A stretch of 62,157 bases of DNA, filler included, from Nanobdellati archaeon (GCA_013152815.1; 8 parts of 8 records of this genome joined end to end with filler, not necessarily neighbours in it); one strand, 5' to 3'. Shown: positions 1 to 9,792, counted from the first letter of the whole stretch. Notes: generated by a model from the sequence alone, not told the origin. Program-made: numbers and translations.

Positions 1-1182
1 CTAATAGAGTTCAGGTTTCATGGAAAGGCAAAATATGAGATTAAGAAATTAGTCTATGAAATAAGTAGAAAGTTTAAACTTAGAACTAAAAGAGCCATAC
101 CACATATTACTTTGGCGGGTCCATTTCACACAAATAATGAAAAAAGACTTATCGGCGATTTTAACAAACTATGCACTAAAAGTCCTTTGATGAATTTTGA
201 AACCGGAGAGTATAGTTATTTTGAGAAAAAAGATAACAATGTTGTTTTCTTAGATATTAAGCCAAGTGAAGAATTGGAAGAATTTAGATGGACTTCATCT
301 CAAAAACTAAAATCATATTGTCAGCTTAGACCATTTGATTATGAGAAAGAATTTGCATTTCATGCAACATTGGCAATGAAATTATCTGATTCAAAATTTT
401 ATGCAATTAAAAGATATTTGGAAAGGAAGTCTAAATTAAATTTTAAACATGTAATAGTGAGAGCGACATTATTAAAAGGTAGCGTGATTTTAAGAGAATA
501 TGATTTTTTACTTAGAAGACCATTAGTCAGAAAATTAGCAAAAGATAAGGGAGTTTATACAAAAACTTTAGATTTATTGAAAGGTCATTTTGAGAATAAA
601 TATAATCCAAATGAATTTACAGACGAAAGAATCAAAACAGAAGATAAGGGCTTTGTAGATAAGATGAAAAATATTTTTAGAAAACCAAAAACATTTATCA
701 CATCGGATTTACATTTAGATCATACAAATATAATAAAATATTGCAAAAGACCTTTTCTCAATACAGAAGATATGAATAAAACTCTCGTTGATAATTGGAA
801 TAATACCATAAACAATAGAGATACAGTTTATTTTTTGGGAGATTTAGCTCATGGTGGAGGAAGTAAAACTACGGATTATTGGTTAAAAAAATTAAATGGA
901 AAAATCATATTCATCAAAGGAAATCACGATAAGTCAAATAAGATCCAGTTCAATGAAACCTACCTCTTAGGATATGGAGGATATAAATTCTTTTTATCTC
1001 ACGAACCTGAACAAGTTCCAAAAGATTGGAATGGATGGGCAATTTGCGGACACCATCACAATAACAAATTAGAAGAATATCCATTTATTGATAAAAAGAA
1101 CAAAAGAATTAACATATCTACTGAATTAACAAAGTTTCGCCCAGTTGATATGGATGATTTGATTAAGAAGATTGAAGAATAG
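1..1182 (+). CDS. 2H phosphoesterase (2'-5' RNA ligase-like) fused to calcineurin-like metallophosphoesterase; 5'-truncated at window edge
   Basis: Frame 1 is open from base 1 (LIEFRFHGKAKYE...RAIPHITLAGPF). Two HxT motifs (HITL, HATL), then DLH, GD, GNHD, H and GHHH metallophosphoesterase motifs. Visibly AT-rich. Confidence 0.8.
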   Translation, partial: LIEFRFHGKAKYEIKKLVYEISRKFKLRTKRAIPHITLAGPFHTNNEKRLIGDFNKLCTKSPLMNFETGEYSYFEKKDNNVVFLDIKPSEELEEFRWTSSQKLKSYCQLRPFDYEKEFAFHATLAMKLSDSKFYAIKRYLERKSKLNFKHVIVRATLLKGSVILREYDFLLRRPLVRKLAKDKGVYTKTLDLLKGHFENKYNPNEFTDERIKTEDKGFVDKMKNIFRKPKTFITSDLHLDHTNIIKYCKRPFLNTEDMNKTLVDNWNNTINNRDTVYFLGDLAHGGGSKTTDYWLKKLNGKIIFIKGNHDKSNKIQFNETYLLGYGGYKFFLSHEPEQVPKDWNGWAICGHHHNNKLEEYPFIDKKNKRINISTELTKFRPVDMDDLIKKIEE

Positions 1183-1347
1183 TTTAGGTTTTCTCACCAC
1201 AAATATATTTCTTTTACGGAGTAAAAGGCAAAATGTCCGAAGGACTAAGCCACTCTCTTTTGTTTCTTTTTCTAAAAGAAAGTAAGTAATCCAAAAATTG
1301 AATATGACAAGGATCATATGATGAAAGAAGAGAATCTCAAGAAATAG

Positions 1348-2019
1348 TCATGCAGGTGATTCTTGTATGTCTCTTGTGTCTTTTATCTCTGAATCTATCT
1401 TGTATTTCACTCCCATTGATGCCAGTCTTCCTCCTGTGGCGTGGGCCATCGCCTGGATATCAGGAGGTACAAGCCCCCAGAACGCAAGCAGAGGTACTGC
1501 GAGGTATTTCAATGTTTTTGTGTAAGCGTTCTTGAAGTTCGCCTTGAATGATTGGTATGCTCCTTTGATTGCTGTGCCGATATTCTTGATGAACGATAAA
1601 GGCGAGTAATTGTGGAGAAGGTATTTCAGCGGGAAATACATGGCAAAGGATAGCGGGATGCCGACGAAGAATCCGACAAGCCCTTTCATGAAGATGCTTC
1701 CTAGCATGTTGAAGTAATGATAGCCTGTCGAAAAATATGATGCAGATATGGCTGCAAAATATGATTCTGCCTTGATTCCTTTGGCAGTCAACGGTTCTTT
1801 CTTCTTTTTCTGTATTGCAGTGTAGACAAAGAGATAGCTTGCCAATGTCCCGAGCATCATGGCCGGACCTGCGATGAGAGCAGATGCCAGACTGAATGTA
1901 CCTATAAAGCCGTAATCTTTTGGAGGAATCTGTCTAAGAATATCGCGAAAGCCGACTTTCGCTTCTAATCCTTTATGTTCTTCTTCTTTATTTTCAACGA
2001 GCGTATCCTCAAGACCCAT
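1348..2019 (-). CDS. Membrane protein, probable distant Mpv17/PMP22-like; paralog of 7012..7695
   Basis: Several hydrophobic helices. KKKK(E/G)xL motif shared with the 7012 ORF. C-terminal FKANFKNAY...LVPPDIQ resembles the Mpv17 C-terminal signature. Confidence 0.5.
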   Translation of the reverse strand: MGLEDTLVENKEEEHKGLEAKVGFRDILRQIPPKDYGFIGTFSLASALIAGPAMMLGTLASYLFVYTAIQKKKKEPLTAKGIKAESYFAAISASYFSTGYHYFNMLGSIFMKGLVGFFVGIPLSFAMYFPLKYLLHNYSPLSFIKNIGTAIKGAYQSFKANFKNAYTKTLKYLAVPLLAFWGLVPPDIQAMAHATGGRLASMGVKYKIDSEIKDTRDIQESPA

Positions 2020-2090
2020 TGCAGAATAAGACGAATAGGTGTTAATAGAATCATGCTACAAGAAAATTAAAACATATGTTTTAAATCTCT

Positions 2091-3488
2091 TCATGAAGCA
2101 GGAGGCATCGTCCCTTTCTCGATCGTTTCAACCCCTTGGCCAAGATTACCGGTATATTTAAGGAAGAAAGGAGTTACATCAAGCATCATTTCAGTTGCCC
2201 ATTTTATCGTGTTATTGTTAGCTACAATCATCGCATGATTGTATTCAAAATTCAGCATATCGTCAAAATTTATTATTTTTGTATCATAAGGGTCTTTCTT
2301 ATCTTTTCTGGTTATAGGGACACTGTAAATGATGTTTTCTCCTTTGTGTTCGATCTCTCCGATCGCTTCCCAATGATCAATATATCCTTCTTGATTGAAT
2401 AGATCAGAATCGATCGTGATTGCAGTATCAAGGTCAGGCGCAACAGTGTATCCTTGGATTCCATAATCAATGATCTTAGGAAGCGCCAAGAATCTTTTTC
2501 CTTCATGTTCTGTGCCTTCTTTTCCTATAACATACATCTGATTTGATGTTATCCAAGACCAAATAATAAATATATCTGATTCTTTGACAGGTACGTTGTT
2601 TTTGTTAAGTTTCTGATACAGCGCATGGATCTCTGCAGGGCTGAGTAAAAACAGGTCTTCTTCCTGTTCTTGAAGAAGAACATGATCTTTGAGTTCCATA
2701 GTGTAAGGGAGCTCTTCGTCATAAAGTTCTTCATGTGAAACTTCTATAGGATAAGTCAGGAATGAACGTTCTTTTTCTCTCCAGTCAGCTGACGGTTCGT
2801 AGAGTCTCACTTCTGCTATTGTAGTTGCTGAGTGAAATGGTTTTAGAATTTCAGGGTACTTTCCATTTTTCTGTGAAGCTGGTAGTTGGTCATAAATGTA
2901 TTTGAACTTTTTCTCTAACACGGCTGCAAGAGCTGCCTTAGAGACATCTGTTGCACCTGTATTGCAGATGAAGTCTGCCAGATGTGCAGCTATCTCTGGG
3001 TTGTATCCATTCAGATTAAGTATGATATCATCAGTTCCAAGATTCCACTTGTTTATGCTTGCTTTAAGGCGAAGCGTGGCATAATGTTCAAATGCCTGTA
3101 GATTCTTGAAATAAAAATCGTCTTCTGTATGCAGAGCAAGTTTATTCAGATCTCTCTTGTCTATCGCAGGACCATATCGAGATGAATGATGGGTGCCTTT
3201 GTTCTTTATGGTGCCTATGTCATCGATAAGCACTTTTGGTCTGTCGTTGAACTTTAAGTGATTGTAAAGAACGTCTTCAAGAGCGTCTGAAAATTTTTGA
3301 TAGGCGGCGAACAGCTCAGTAAATGAAATCCTGTCAGAACTTTTCCAGGTAAAGTCTAGTCCCTGCTCTCTCTTGTTGTTCTGTCGCTTTTCCATCAAAG
3401 CGATGAATTCATCATCTCTGATGGTGTATCTGTTCTTCCTATCTGATTCGATGCGTACTCTATTCTCTAGGTTTTCCTGCATAGTCAT
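2091..3488 (-). CDS. Hypothetical protein (465 aa)
   Basis: Long ORF with an AGAGGA RBS-like sequence upstream; no family recognised. Confidence 0.7.
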   Translation of the reverse strand: MTMQENLENRVRIESDRKNRYTIRDDEFIALMEKRQNNKREQGLDFTWKSSDRISFTELFAAYQKFSDALEDVLYNHLKFNDRPKVLIDDIGTIKNKGTHHSSRYGPAIDKRDLNKLALHTEDDFYFKNLQAFEHYATLRLKASINKWNLGTDDIILNLNGYNPEIAAHLADFICNTGATDVSKAALAAVLEKKFKYIYDQLPASQKNGKYPEILKPFHSATTIAEVRLYEPSADWREKERSFLTYPIEVSHEELYDEELPYTMELKDHVLLQEQEEDLFLLSPAEIHALYQKLNKNNVPVKESDIFIIWSWITSNQMYVIGKEGTEHEGKRFLALPKIIDYGIQGYTVAPDLDTAITIDSDLFNQEGYIDHWEAIGEIEHKGENIIYSVPITRKDKKDPYDTKIINFDDMLNFEYNHAMIVANNNTIKWATEMMLDVTPFFLKYTGNLGQGVETIEKGTMPPAS

Positions 3489-3543
3489 TCCTCTATAAAA
3501 CTGTCTAGAACCTCTTTTTAGCTCAGATAATCAAACTCCTTAT

Positions 3544-3876
3544 TTAAAGCTTTAGACCCTCAACCTGCCTGACCTGGGAGTTCCTGAAGAGCCATTCCCG
3601 GAACACATTGTCGATCTCCACGCCGTGGTCCTGCAGGCCCGAAGACAGCCTGCCATAGAGCTTCTTGCCTTCTTTGTCAAGATCGGTGAGGATGATGACC
3701 TGTCTCTCTTTCTGCCAGACCTCTTCGATCACCGCAAAGATCGCCTTCCTGCTCAGCTGATAGATCCTGTTGGCAATCCCCATCTCCCGTAATGCCTTCT
3801 CATCGTTCTTGCCCTCTACAACGATGGCCTTCTCCGATGCATTCACTGCCGTCTTCCATTCCTCGATCGACATCAT
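3544..3876 (-). CDS. Small stand-alone TOPRIM domain protein (RNase M5/primase-like)
   Basis: IVVEGKND and ILTDLDKEG TOPRIM motifs. Confidence 0.85.
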   Translation of the reverse strand: MMSIEEWKTAVNASEKAIVVEGKNDEKALREMGIANRIYQLSRKAIFAVIEEVWQKERQVIILTDLDKEGKKLYGRLSSGLQDHGVEIDNVFREWLFRNSQVRQVEGLKL

Positions 3877-3891
3877 GGTCTTCGTGTCTCG

Positions 3892-4311
3892 CTATCCGCC
3901 AAGATCATCAAGTTTTGTCCTGTCGAATCCCCTGAAACATTCCTTGCAGAGGAACCTTCCTTTTCCGATGTCGACGGCCAGCAATCTGTTGACCGACAGC
4001 TTGCAGAGCTGGCAGGTGATGATGTTCGGGTCGAACCGTATCTCCATCTCAGATAGAGGGATGGTCTTCTGGGAGAATGCCTCCAGTGATGTGGCCTGTG
4101 TCTGTTCAGCATCCAATGCAGCGGGCCTGGCCGTGAGCGGGCAATCCTTTCCCTTGTGGGAGAAATGCCAGACCTTCTCTTTTCCCATCTTCGGGATGAC
4201 CTCTTTCTTGCAGAGGAGGCAGCGATAGGTCCCTCTTTTCTTTCCTTTGAGGGACTCGATGGCGATGCTGTTGCCGTCCTCGTCAAGCGCGAATCCGAGC
4301 TTCCGTTTCAT
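3892..4311 (-). CDS. CoiA-like N-terminal zinc-finger protein with second Cys4 finger
   Basis: ALDEDG...YRCLLC...PKMG...WHFSH...C, plus CQLC and CKEC. Confidence 0.65.
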   Translation of the reverse strand: MKRKLGFALDEDGNSIAIESLKGKKRGTYRCLLCKKEVIPKMGKEKVWHFSHKGKDCPLTARPAALDAEQTQATSLEAFSQKTIPLSEMEIRFDPNIITCQLCKLSVNRLLAVDIGKGRFLCKECFRGFDRTKLDDLGG

Positions 4312-4413
4312 GGTTCCTGAGAAGGAGACGGACAATAAAAAGGTTGCTTTCTGCTTTTCCCTTGAGGGGACATGAGCGTTATGATCCTTTATGAATAGGC
4401 GTATCTTTTAAAT

Positions 4414-4839
4414 ATGAGTGTTGCTTCACTTTTTCTGATGGAAGACAACAAGGTGTTGGAGAGTATCCTTAATGATCCTGCCTCAGGGAAGCTCGATCTC
4501 CGTTCGTTCAATGGGGTCACGTTCTTTCATTATCTCATTGAATCTTCAGAGGATGCACCCCAGGAAGCCTATGCTTCCTGTACAGTCTCCGATATCCAGA
4601 CAGCCTATTCCTTCATGATGAAGGGGGTGGCGGTCTCACGGGGTCTCATCGAAAAGTTTGCCGGTATGGAGAGCTTTCCTCTCAAGCAGCAGCTGGAGGA
4701 TACTACCTTCGACGATGTGTTCAAAGATGCAGGCGACGGCTACTTTTGTTATGCTCCCATCGGCTTTGAATCGTTGAGATATCCCCTCGGGCCGGGGTTC
4801 GATTCCCCCTTCCACTACCTGTTCTCTTCTGGAGACTAG
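4414..4839 (+). CDS. Hypothetical protein (start may be 4438)
   Basis: ORF following a TTTAAATA TATA-like box. Confidence 0.55.
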   Translation: MSVASLFLMEDNKVLESILNDPASGKLDLRSFNGVTFFHYLIESSEDAPQEAYASCTVSDIQTAYSFMMKGVAVSRGLIEKFAGMESFPLKQQLEDTTFDDVFKDAGDGYFCYAPIGFESLRYPLGPGFDSPFHYLFSSGD

Positions 4840-4903
4840 GCTCTCGTCCTCTCTTCTGCACTTGACCGCAAGCTATTAAAGCAGCAGAACCCTCACCGGT
4901 TCC

Positions 4904-6283
4904 ATGCTCCATCTGAGTACGCTCCTCCAATATTATAAGCGGCCAGAGATACAGAATGCCATCGTAGATGCATCCATGGGCCGTGAAGTGGGTCTTCGTT
5001 ATGGCGACCGGGCGTTCGGAAAGCGTCCTGATGTGCTGCTCTACCCTGCAGATGTCTTGGAGAGCGTCAAGAAGGGAGCCACCTCATTCCATGTCTCTGA
5101 GGAACGTTGGCAGAACCCGCTCCTGCTGTCGCCTGCCATGAGCCGAAAAGAGCTCGATGTCCTTCGGGTCGGGTGGGACCTGGTCATCGATGTGGATTTC
5201 GAGCTCTGGGAAGGGACGTGCATCATCTCCGACGCCATCGTCAGGGCGCTTCGTTCCCATGGGATCCGTTCCATCACCGCCAAGTTCTCAGGGAACAAGG
5301 GATTCCATATCAGCGTCCCCTTCGAGGCGTTTCCTGAGAAATACCATGACGTCGAGACCAAGGACCTTTTTCCCGAGGAGGTCAAGCGCATCGTCGAATA
5401 CCTCACCCACTATATCGACTCTCCTGACAATGATTATGCCGTGTCGCGGCAGATCATCTCCCTGGACGCATTCAAGCGGCTCCAGAAGGCAGATCCTGAG
5501 AAGGCCAGACGTCTCGTCGCAGAGACCGTCCATGACACCCCCACTAAGATAGACCTGAAGATAGATACCATCCTGGTCTCCTCCCGTCACATGTACCGCA
5601 GCGTCTATTCGCTCCATGAGAAATCTGGCCTGGCATCTGTTCCCGTCGATCCTGATAATATCCTTGCCTTTGAACGCTCATCCGCAGAACCGTCCAAGGT
5701 CAAGGTCGGCGTGTTTCCCTGGCTGGACACCTCAAAGGCGACCCCGGACGAGGCGAGAGGGCTCTTTCTCCAGGCAGCGGACTTTCGGCCCAAGATAGAA
5801 CAGGAGGCGAGCAAGAAGGATTTTGCCTATGAAGATATCAAGGATGCCATTCCCGAAGAGCTTTTCCCTCCGTGTATCCACAACATCTTCAAGGGCATAA
5901 AGGACGGAAAGAAACGCGCCATCTTCATCCTGATAAACTTCCTCAGTTCATCTGGCTGGTCCTACGACAAGATCGAAGAACGCCTGATGGGATGGAACAA
6001 GGGTCTCGATGAGCCTCTGCGGGAAGTGAATATCAAGGGAAGCATCCGCTACCACCGGCAGCAGGCAAAGCGGAAACTCCCTCCCAACTGCGACAACATG
6101 ATGTACTACAGGGACTTCGGGGTCTGCACGCCTGACAATCTCTGCAATTACATCAAGAATCCTGTCCAGTATGTGCGGCGGAAGACGAAATACATGAAGG
6201 ACCATCCGCCCCGGAAAAAGAGGGTATTGAAGAAAGCCAAGACCGATGCCAGGGCAGAGACAAAGGGGGAAAAAAGCCCATGA
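4904..6283 (+). CDS. priSL: Fused DNA primase small+large subunit (PriS-PriL), DPANN type
   Basis: WDLVIDVD and FSGNKGFH PriS motifs, followed by FPPCI...LPPNC...C..DNLC..IKNP Fe-S PriL C-terminal domain. Confidence 0.9.
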   Translation: MLHLSTLLQYYKRPEIQNAIVDASMGREVGLRYGDRAFGKRPDVLLYPADVLESVKKGATSFHVSEERWQNPLLLSPAMSRKELDVLRVGWDLVIDVDFELWEGTCIISDAIVRALRSHGIRSITAKFSGNKGFHISVPFEAFPEKYHDVETKDLFPEEVKRIVEYLTHYIDSPDNDYAVSRQIISLDAFKRLQKADPEKARRLVAETVHDTPTKIDLKIDTILVSSRHMYRSVYSLHEKSGLASVPVDPDNILAFERSSAEPSKVKVGVFPWLDTSKATPDEARGLFLQAADFRPKIEQEASKKDFAYEDIKDAIPEELFPPCIHNIFKGIKDGKKRAIFILINFLSSSGWSYDKIEERLMGWNKGLDEPLREVNIKGSIRYHRQQAKRKLPPNCDNMMYYRDFGVCTPDNLCNYIKNPVQYVRRKTKYMKDHPPRKKRVLKKAKTDARAETKGEKSP

Positions 6284-7002
6284 AACGGAGATTGACCAAT
6301 CTCATCGACAGGATGAGCGCCTCCCTCAACGCAGTGGACGGCGATCTTCAGGTGAGCGAGGAAGGAAAGCCCTATGTCGACTTCAAGCAGAGCCGGGAAC
6401 TGTTCTACAAGAAAGACCTCCGGAACGTCATGGATGAACTGCGGTCGCTCCGTCTTGAGGGGCAGGGAAGCGATGAAGAGGTCGCGAGTGAGCTCGCGTC
6501 CCTGATAAAACAGCTCCACCAGGATTATCAGGAGAACCGGCGCGTCCTGATGATAGATGTTGTGGCCCGGATGAAGGATGTCATCTCAAGGATGAAAGAG
6601 ACCGAACTGTTCAGGATACAGCTTCCGTCTCTTCCCGACGAGGTTGCGGGCGAGATACATGCTGACGCCCGGGAGATAGAACGCTGTTTCTCTTCGGGTT
6701 CCTACCGGTCGGTCACCATCCTCTGCGGCCGCATCCTGGAGGTGGCTTTGCATCGCAAGTACTATGAAGCGACGGGACAGGATATCCTGGAGACCCAGCC
6801 AGGCATCGGCCTGGGCAAGCTGATAGCGAAGCTCAAGGAGAAACAGGTCTCCTTCGATCCCGGCCTCACTGAACAGATCCATCTCATAAATCAAGTGAGG
6901 GTATCTTCGGTCCACAAGAAGGCCGAGGTCTTCCATCCCAGCAAGGAACAGGCCCATGCCATGGTCCTCTACACGGTCGATGTGTTGGGGAAGCTGTTTT
7001 AG
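6280..7002 (+). CDS. DUF4145 (HEPN-superfamily) domain protein
   Basis: EIERCF...YRSVTILCGRILE...LGKLI...RVSSVH (Rx4H). ATGA overlap with the primase stop. Confidence 0.7.
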   Translation: MKRRLTNLIDRMSASLNAVDGDLQVSEEGKPYVDFKQSRELFYKKDLRNVMDELRSLRLEGQGSDEEVASELASLIKQLHQDYQENRRVLMIDVVARMKDVISRMKETELFRIQLPSLPDEVAGEIHADAREIERCFSSGSYRSVTILCGRILEVALHRKYYEATGQDILETQPGIGLGKLIAKLKEKQVSFDPGLTEQIHLINQVRVSSVHKKAEVFHPSKEQAHAMVLYTVDVLGKLF

Positions 7003-7011
7003 TTGTTTCCA

Positions 7012-7695
7012 TCATTTCTTCTTGTCCGGTTTCGATGCCATCGCGAAGATGACATCGTTGTTTGCAGCTATGCCCATCCGCAGCGGCATGTATGTATTGG
7101 GCAGAGTCTGTTCAGTGATGTAGTTGATGGATGCGAAATGGATCGGAAAGACCCGCTTGAAGACCGTCCAGACTTTGCCTAGGTACTGGCCTTTCAGTTT
7201 GACGTCATAGAAGTCTTTGAGATATTCTTTTGCTTTCTGCGGATTCAATAGGGCACCGATCGCTTTCACGTACCCGATCTCTGAACGGATATACTGGTGT
7301 GCTTGATAAAAGAGCTGGTATCCTGCTGCAACTATCGGATTGAAGGTCAATGTCTTGATGATCTTCTGCAGAAAACTCGTGTTTGGCAAAGCATCTATCC
7401 CCGTATACATCAGTTCCTGTCCTGGCCCGTTGATCGCCGCATCAGAAAGATTGTGATATGCAGACGTTGCAATATTCTTGAGCGACAGCCGTTCACCTTT
7501 CTTTTTCTTCATGATAAGGTCGGCTACGAGAAAGCCGGTGAAGGTCAGAGCAGAAGAGGTCAGATAGTATGTTGCAGCAAGTCCCATGAAACCCACATCT
7601 ATTGATCTGTTCACAATCCGCTCAAGAGTGCCTTGTGTCTTGTCCACAAGCGGCGTTTCAAGAGACTTCACAGTATCATCGTTCGATTCTGACAC
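7012..7695 (-). CDS. Mpv17/PMP22-like membrane protein
   Basis: GPGQELMYTGIDALP...KTLTFNP...KLKGQY...FPIHFASINY...LR matches the Mpv17 pattern. GTG start 5 nt after a GGTGA RBS. Confidence 0.55.
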   Translation of the reverse strand: MSESNDDTVKSLETPLVDKTQGTLERIVNRSIDVGFMGLAATYYLTSSALTFTGFLVADLIMKKKKGERLSLKNIATSAYHNLSDAAINGPGQELMYTGIDALPNTSFLQKIIKTLTFNPIVAAGYQLFYQAHQYIRSEIGYVKAIGALLNPQKAKEYLKDFYDVKLKGQYLGKVWTVFKRVFPIHFASINYITEQTLPNTYMPLRMGIAANNDVIFAMASKPDKKK

Positions 7696-7766
7696 GGGAT
7701 TCACCAAAATACGGAACTTATCCTTACTGGGGTGTGGTAACTTTAATAATAAAGTATCTCTTAAAA

Positions 7767-7816
7767 TATGACCGATATCCGAATATATTATATATCCTGC
7801 CCATGTATCGGTCATA
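7767..7816. promoter_or_regulatory. 11-bp inverted repeat (TATGACCGATA / TATCGGTCATA) flanking a TATA box; probable operator of the Lrp gene
   Basis: Perfect inverted repeat at 7767-7777 and 7806-7816, around TATTATATAT. Confidence 0.6.
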
Positions 7817-7817
7817 C

Positions 7818-8840
7818 ATGGAGGAAATCAAGCTTGATCTCACAGACAGGAAGATTCTTGCAGAACTTGATAAGAACTGTCGCATCCCTAACTCGCTACT
7901 TGCAAGAAAGGTCAATAAGTCAAGGGAGGCGGTCAAGTATCGCATCCAGCAGCTGGTCAAGAAAGGCGTTGTCGAACAGTTCATCACTTCGATAAATCCC
8001 AACAAATTAGGCTATTTCATGTTCAAGGTCTATCTGAAGCTTGAGAACATTCCCGAAGAACGAGAACGGTTCTTTGGAGAGATGCGCCAGAGCAAGAACA
8101 TCTATTGGTATGGTATTGCAGATGGTGCTTTCGATTGCGTCTTTGCCGTCCTCTCGAAGTCCATTACCGGATATTTTGAAGAGATTCAGTCGTTCCTTGC
8201 GAAATGGAAACACCTTATCATCAGTAAGGTGTTGGGAACGATGGTCGATACACAGCAATACAACAAGAAGTTTTTTACAGGAGATACTGATGGCACGATT
8301 GCTATCTTTGGCGGGGATGTCGTGGATAATGCCGTGGATGAACTGGATTACGGGATACTCAATATCCTTGCCAATGACGCCCGCATACCTTTGGCAGAAC
8401 TTGCACGGAAAGTCAAGTCAAGCAGAGACATCGTCCGTGGCAGGATGAAACGGCTTGAGGATAAGAAGATCATCCTTTCGTATCGTATAGCGGTTGATTT
8501 CAACAAATTGGGATTGGAATTCTTCAAGGCGATCATCTACTTCCGCGACCTCTCAAGGAAGGATGAGCAGGCGATGTTTGAGTGGATGCGCACAAATCCT
8601 CATTCCATCTATTACATCAGGTCTTTGGCACCGTGGGAGGCAGAGCTTGAGTTTGCGGTCAGGAGCTATCAGCACTTCAACCGGATCATCAACGACCTAA
8701 GAAAACAGTTCCCTCATGTCATCCGTAACCATGAGCACCTCATCATGATACACGAGTCCTGGATGCCTGCATACGGGGAGATGCTCAGCGAAAGAGGTCT
8801 GACCGTTTTGATGTTCTATTTCTGCGAGAACATCTTCTGA
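7818..8840 (+). CDS. Tandem-duplicated Lrp/AsnC family transcriptional regulator
   Basis: Two HTH+RAM units (LDLTDRKILAELDKNCR...; DELDYGILNILANDARIP...). Confidence 0.9.
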   Translation: MEEIKLDLTDRKILAELDKNCRIPNSLLARKVNKSREAVKYRIQQLVKKGVVEQFITSINPNKLGYFMFKVYLKLENIPEERERFFGEMRQSKNIYWYGIADGAFDCVFAVLSKSITGYFEEIQSFLAKWKHLIISKVLGTMVDTQQYNKKFFTGDTDGTIAIFGGDVVDNAVDELDYGILNILANDARIPLAELARKVKSSRDIVRGRMKRLEDKKIILSYRIAVDFNKLGLEFFKAIIYFRDLSRKDEQAMFEWMRTNPHSIYYIRSLAPWEAELEFAVRSYQHFNRIINDLRKQFPHVIRNHEHLIMIHESWMPAYGEMLSERGLTVLMFYFCENIF

Positions 8841-8932
8841 TACTGTTTGCGATCCATAGGCTACTTAAATGTTTCTGTTTTAATCATCAAATAGTAGTAA
8901 CATTTATATACTTGAAGAGAACTTATTTGGCT

Positions 8933-9742
8933 ATGGGTAAAGGATCAGCCATTATATCCAGGGTTCTGACAGGGGATGAATGGGTCCATGCAGAGGGGTT
9001 CCGTGATGACCACAAGAATCATCTTGCCTATCAGAGAGCTGCAGAAGCTTATTTTTCCCAGTTTGAACCGAAAGCAAAAGAGGTCAAGAAGGAACTCTCT
9101 GATGCATTGAAACACTATGTTTATGCGGGAACTCCAAAAGCCAAAAACACTGCCAGAGAAAAGTTAACCCGGCTCCGTGTGGATGATTTTTCTGATATGG
9201 ATGACTTTGAAAAGCCGCTTGACCAATATGCCCTTCTTTACGGTATCCTCAAAGAAAATCTGAAGGAGATAGAACGGCCCAAGGTTGTCCATATCGCGTC
9301 AAATTATGGTTCCCTCGTCGAATACCTACGAAATGTTGAGGGATGGGATGCATATGGTCTTGATATCAACAAGACCGCTGCAAAGTTCGCCACTTCGAAG
9401 GGGGTTCCTGTCATAGTCGGTGATGCATCGAAAGTTCCGTTCAAGGAAGGGAAAATGGATGCAATCTTCACCAAAGACTTTCTTGATCCAGAATATCATT
9501 ATAGCATGCTGCTTGGGGATTCAAGGGTCAAAGCAGCAATCAATCGTAATTTCCTTTCAGATGTGCTCAAGACCAGCTATGGTGCGTTGAAGCCTGGAGG
9601 GATGTTCATCTCTGAGTCGTTCTCTATGAACGTGGACTCTGTTGTGGGGGGTATCGTCAAAAACAGTCGATTTTCAGAAAAGCAGGTTATTCTCCCGGAC
9701 AGCAACGATCCTGCGGTAGGATTCTATGTCCTCAGGAAATAG
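8933..9742 (+). CDS. Class I SAM-dependent methyltransferase-like protein
   Basis: VVHIASNYG, YGLDIN, GDASKVPF and LKPGG motifs. Confidence 0.75.
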   Translation: MGKGSAIISRVLTGDEWVHAEGFRDDHKNHLAYQRAAEAYFSQFEPKAKEVKKELSDALKHYVYAGTPKAKNTAREKLTRLRVDDFSDMDDFEKPLDQYALLYGILKENLKEIERPKVVHIASNYGSLVEYLRNVEGWDAYGLDINKTAAKFATSKGVPVIVGDASKVPFKEGKMDAIFTKDFLDPEYHYSMLLGDSRVKAAINRNFLSDVLKTSYGALKPGGMFISESFSMNVDSVVGGIVKNSRFSEKQVILPDSNDPAVGFYVLRK

Positions 9743-9792
9743 CCTCCAATGAGCAAACCTTTATAAACCCCCTCTCAACACTCGAATCTACA

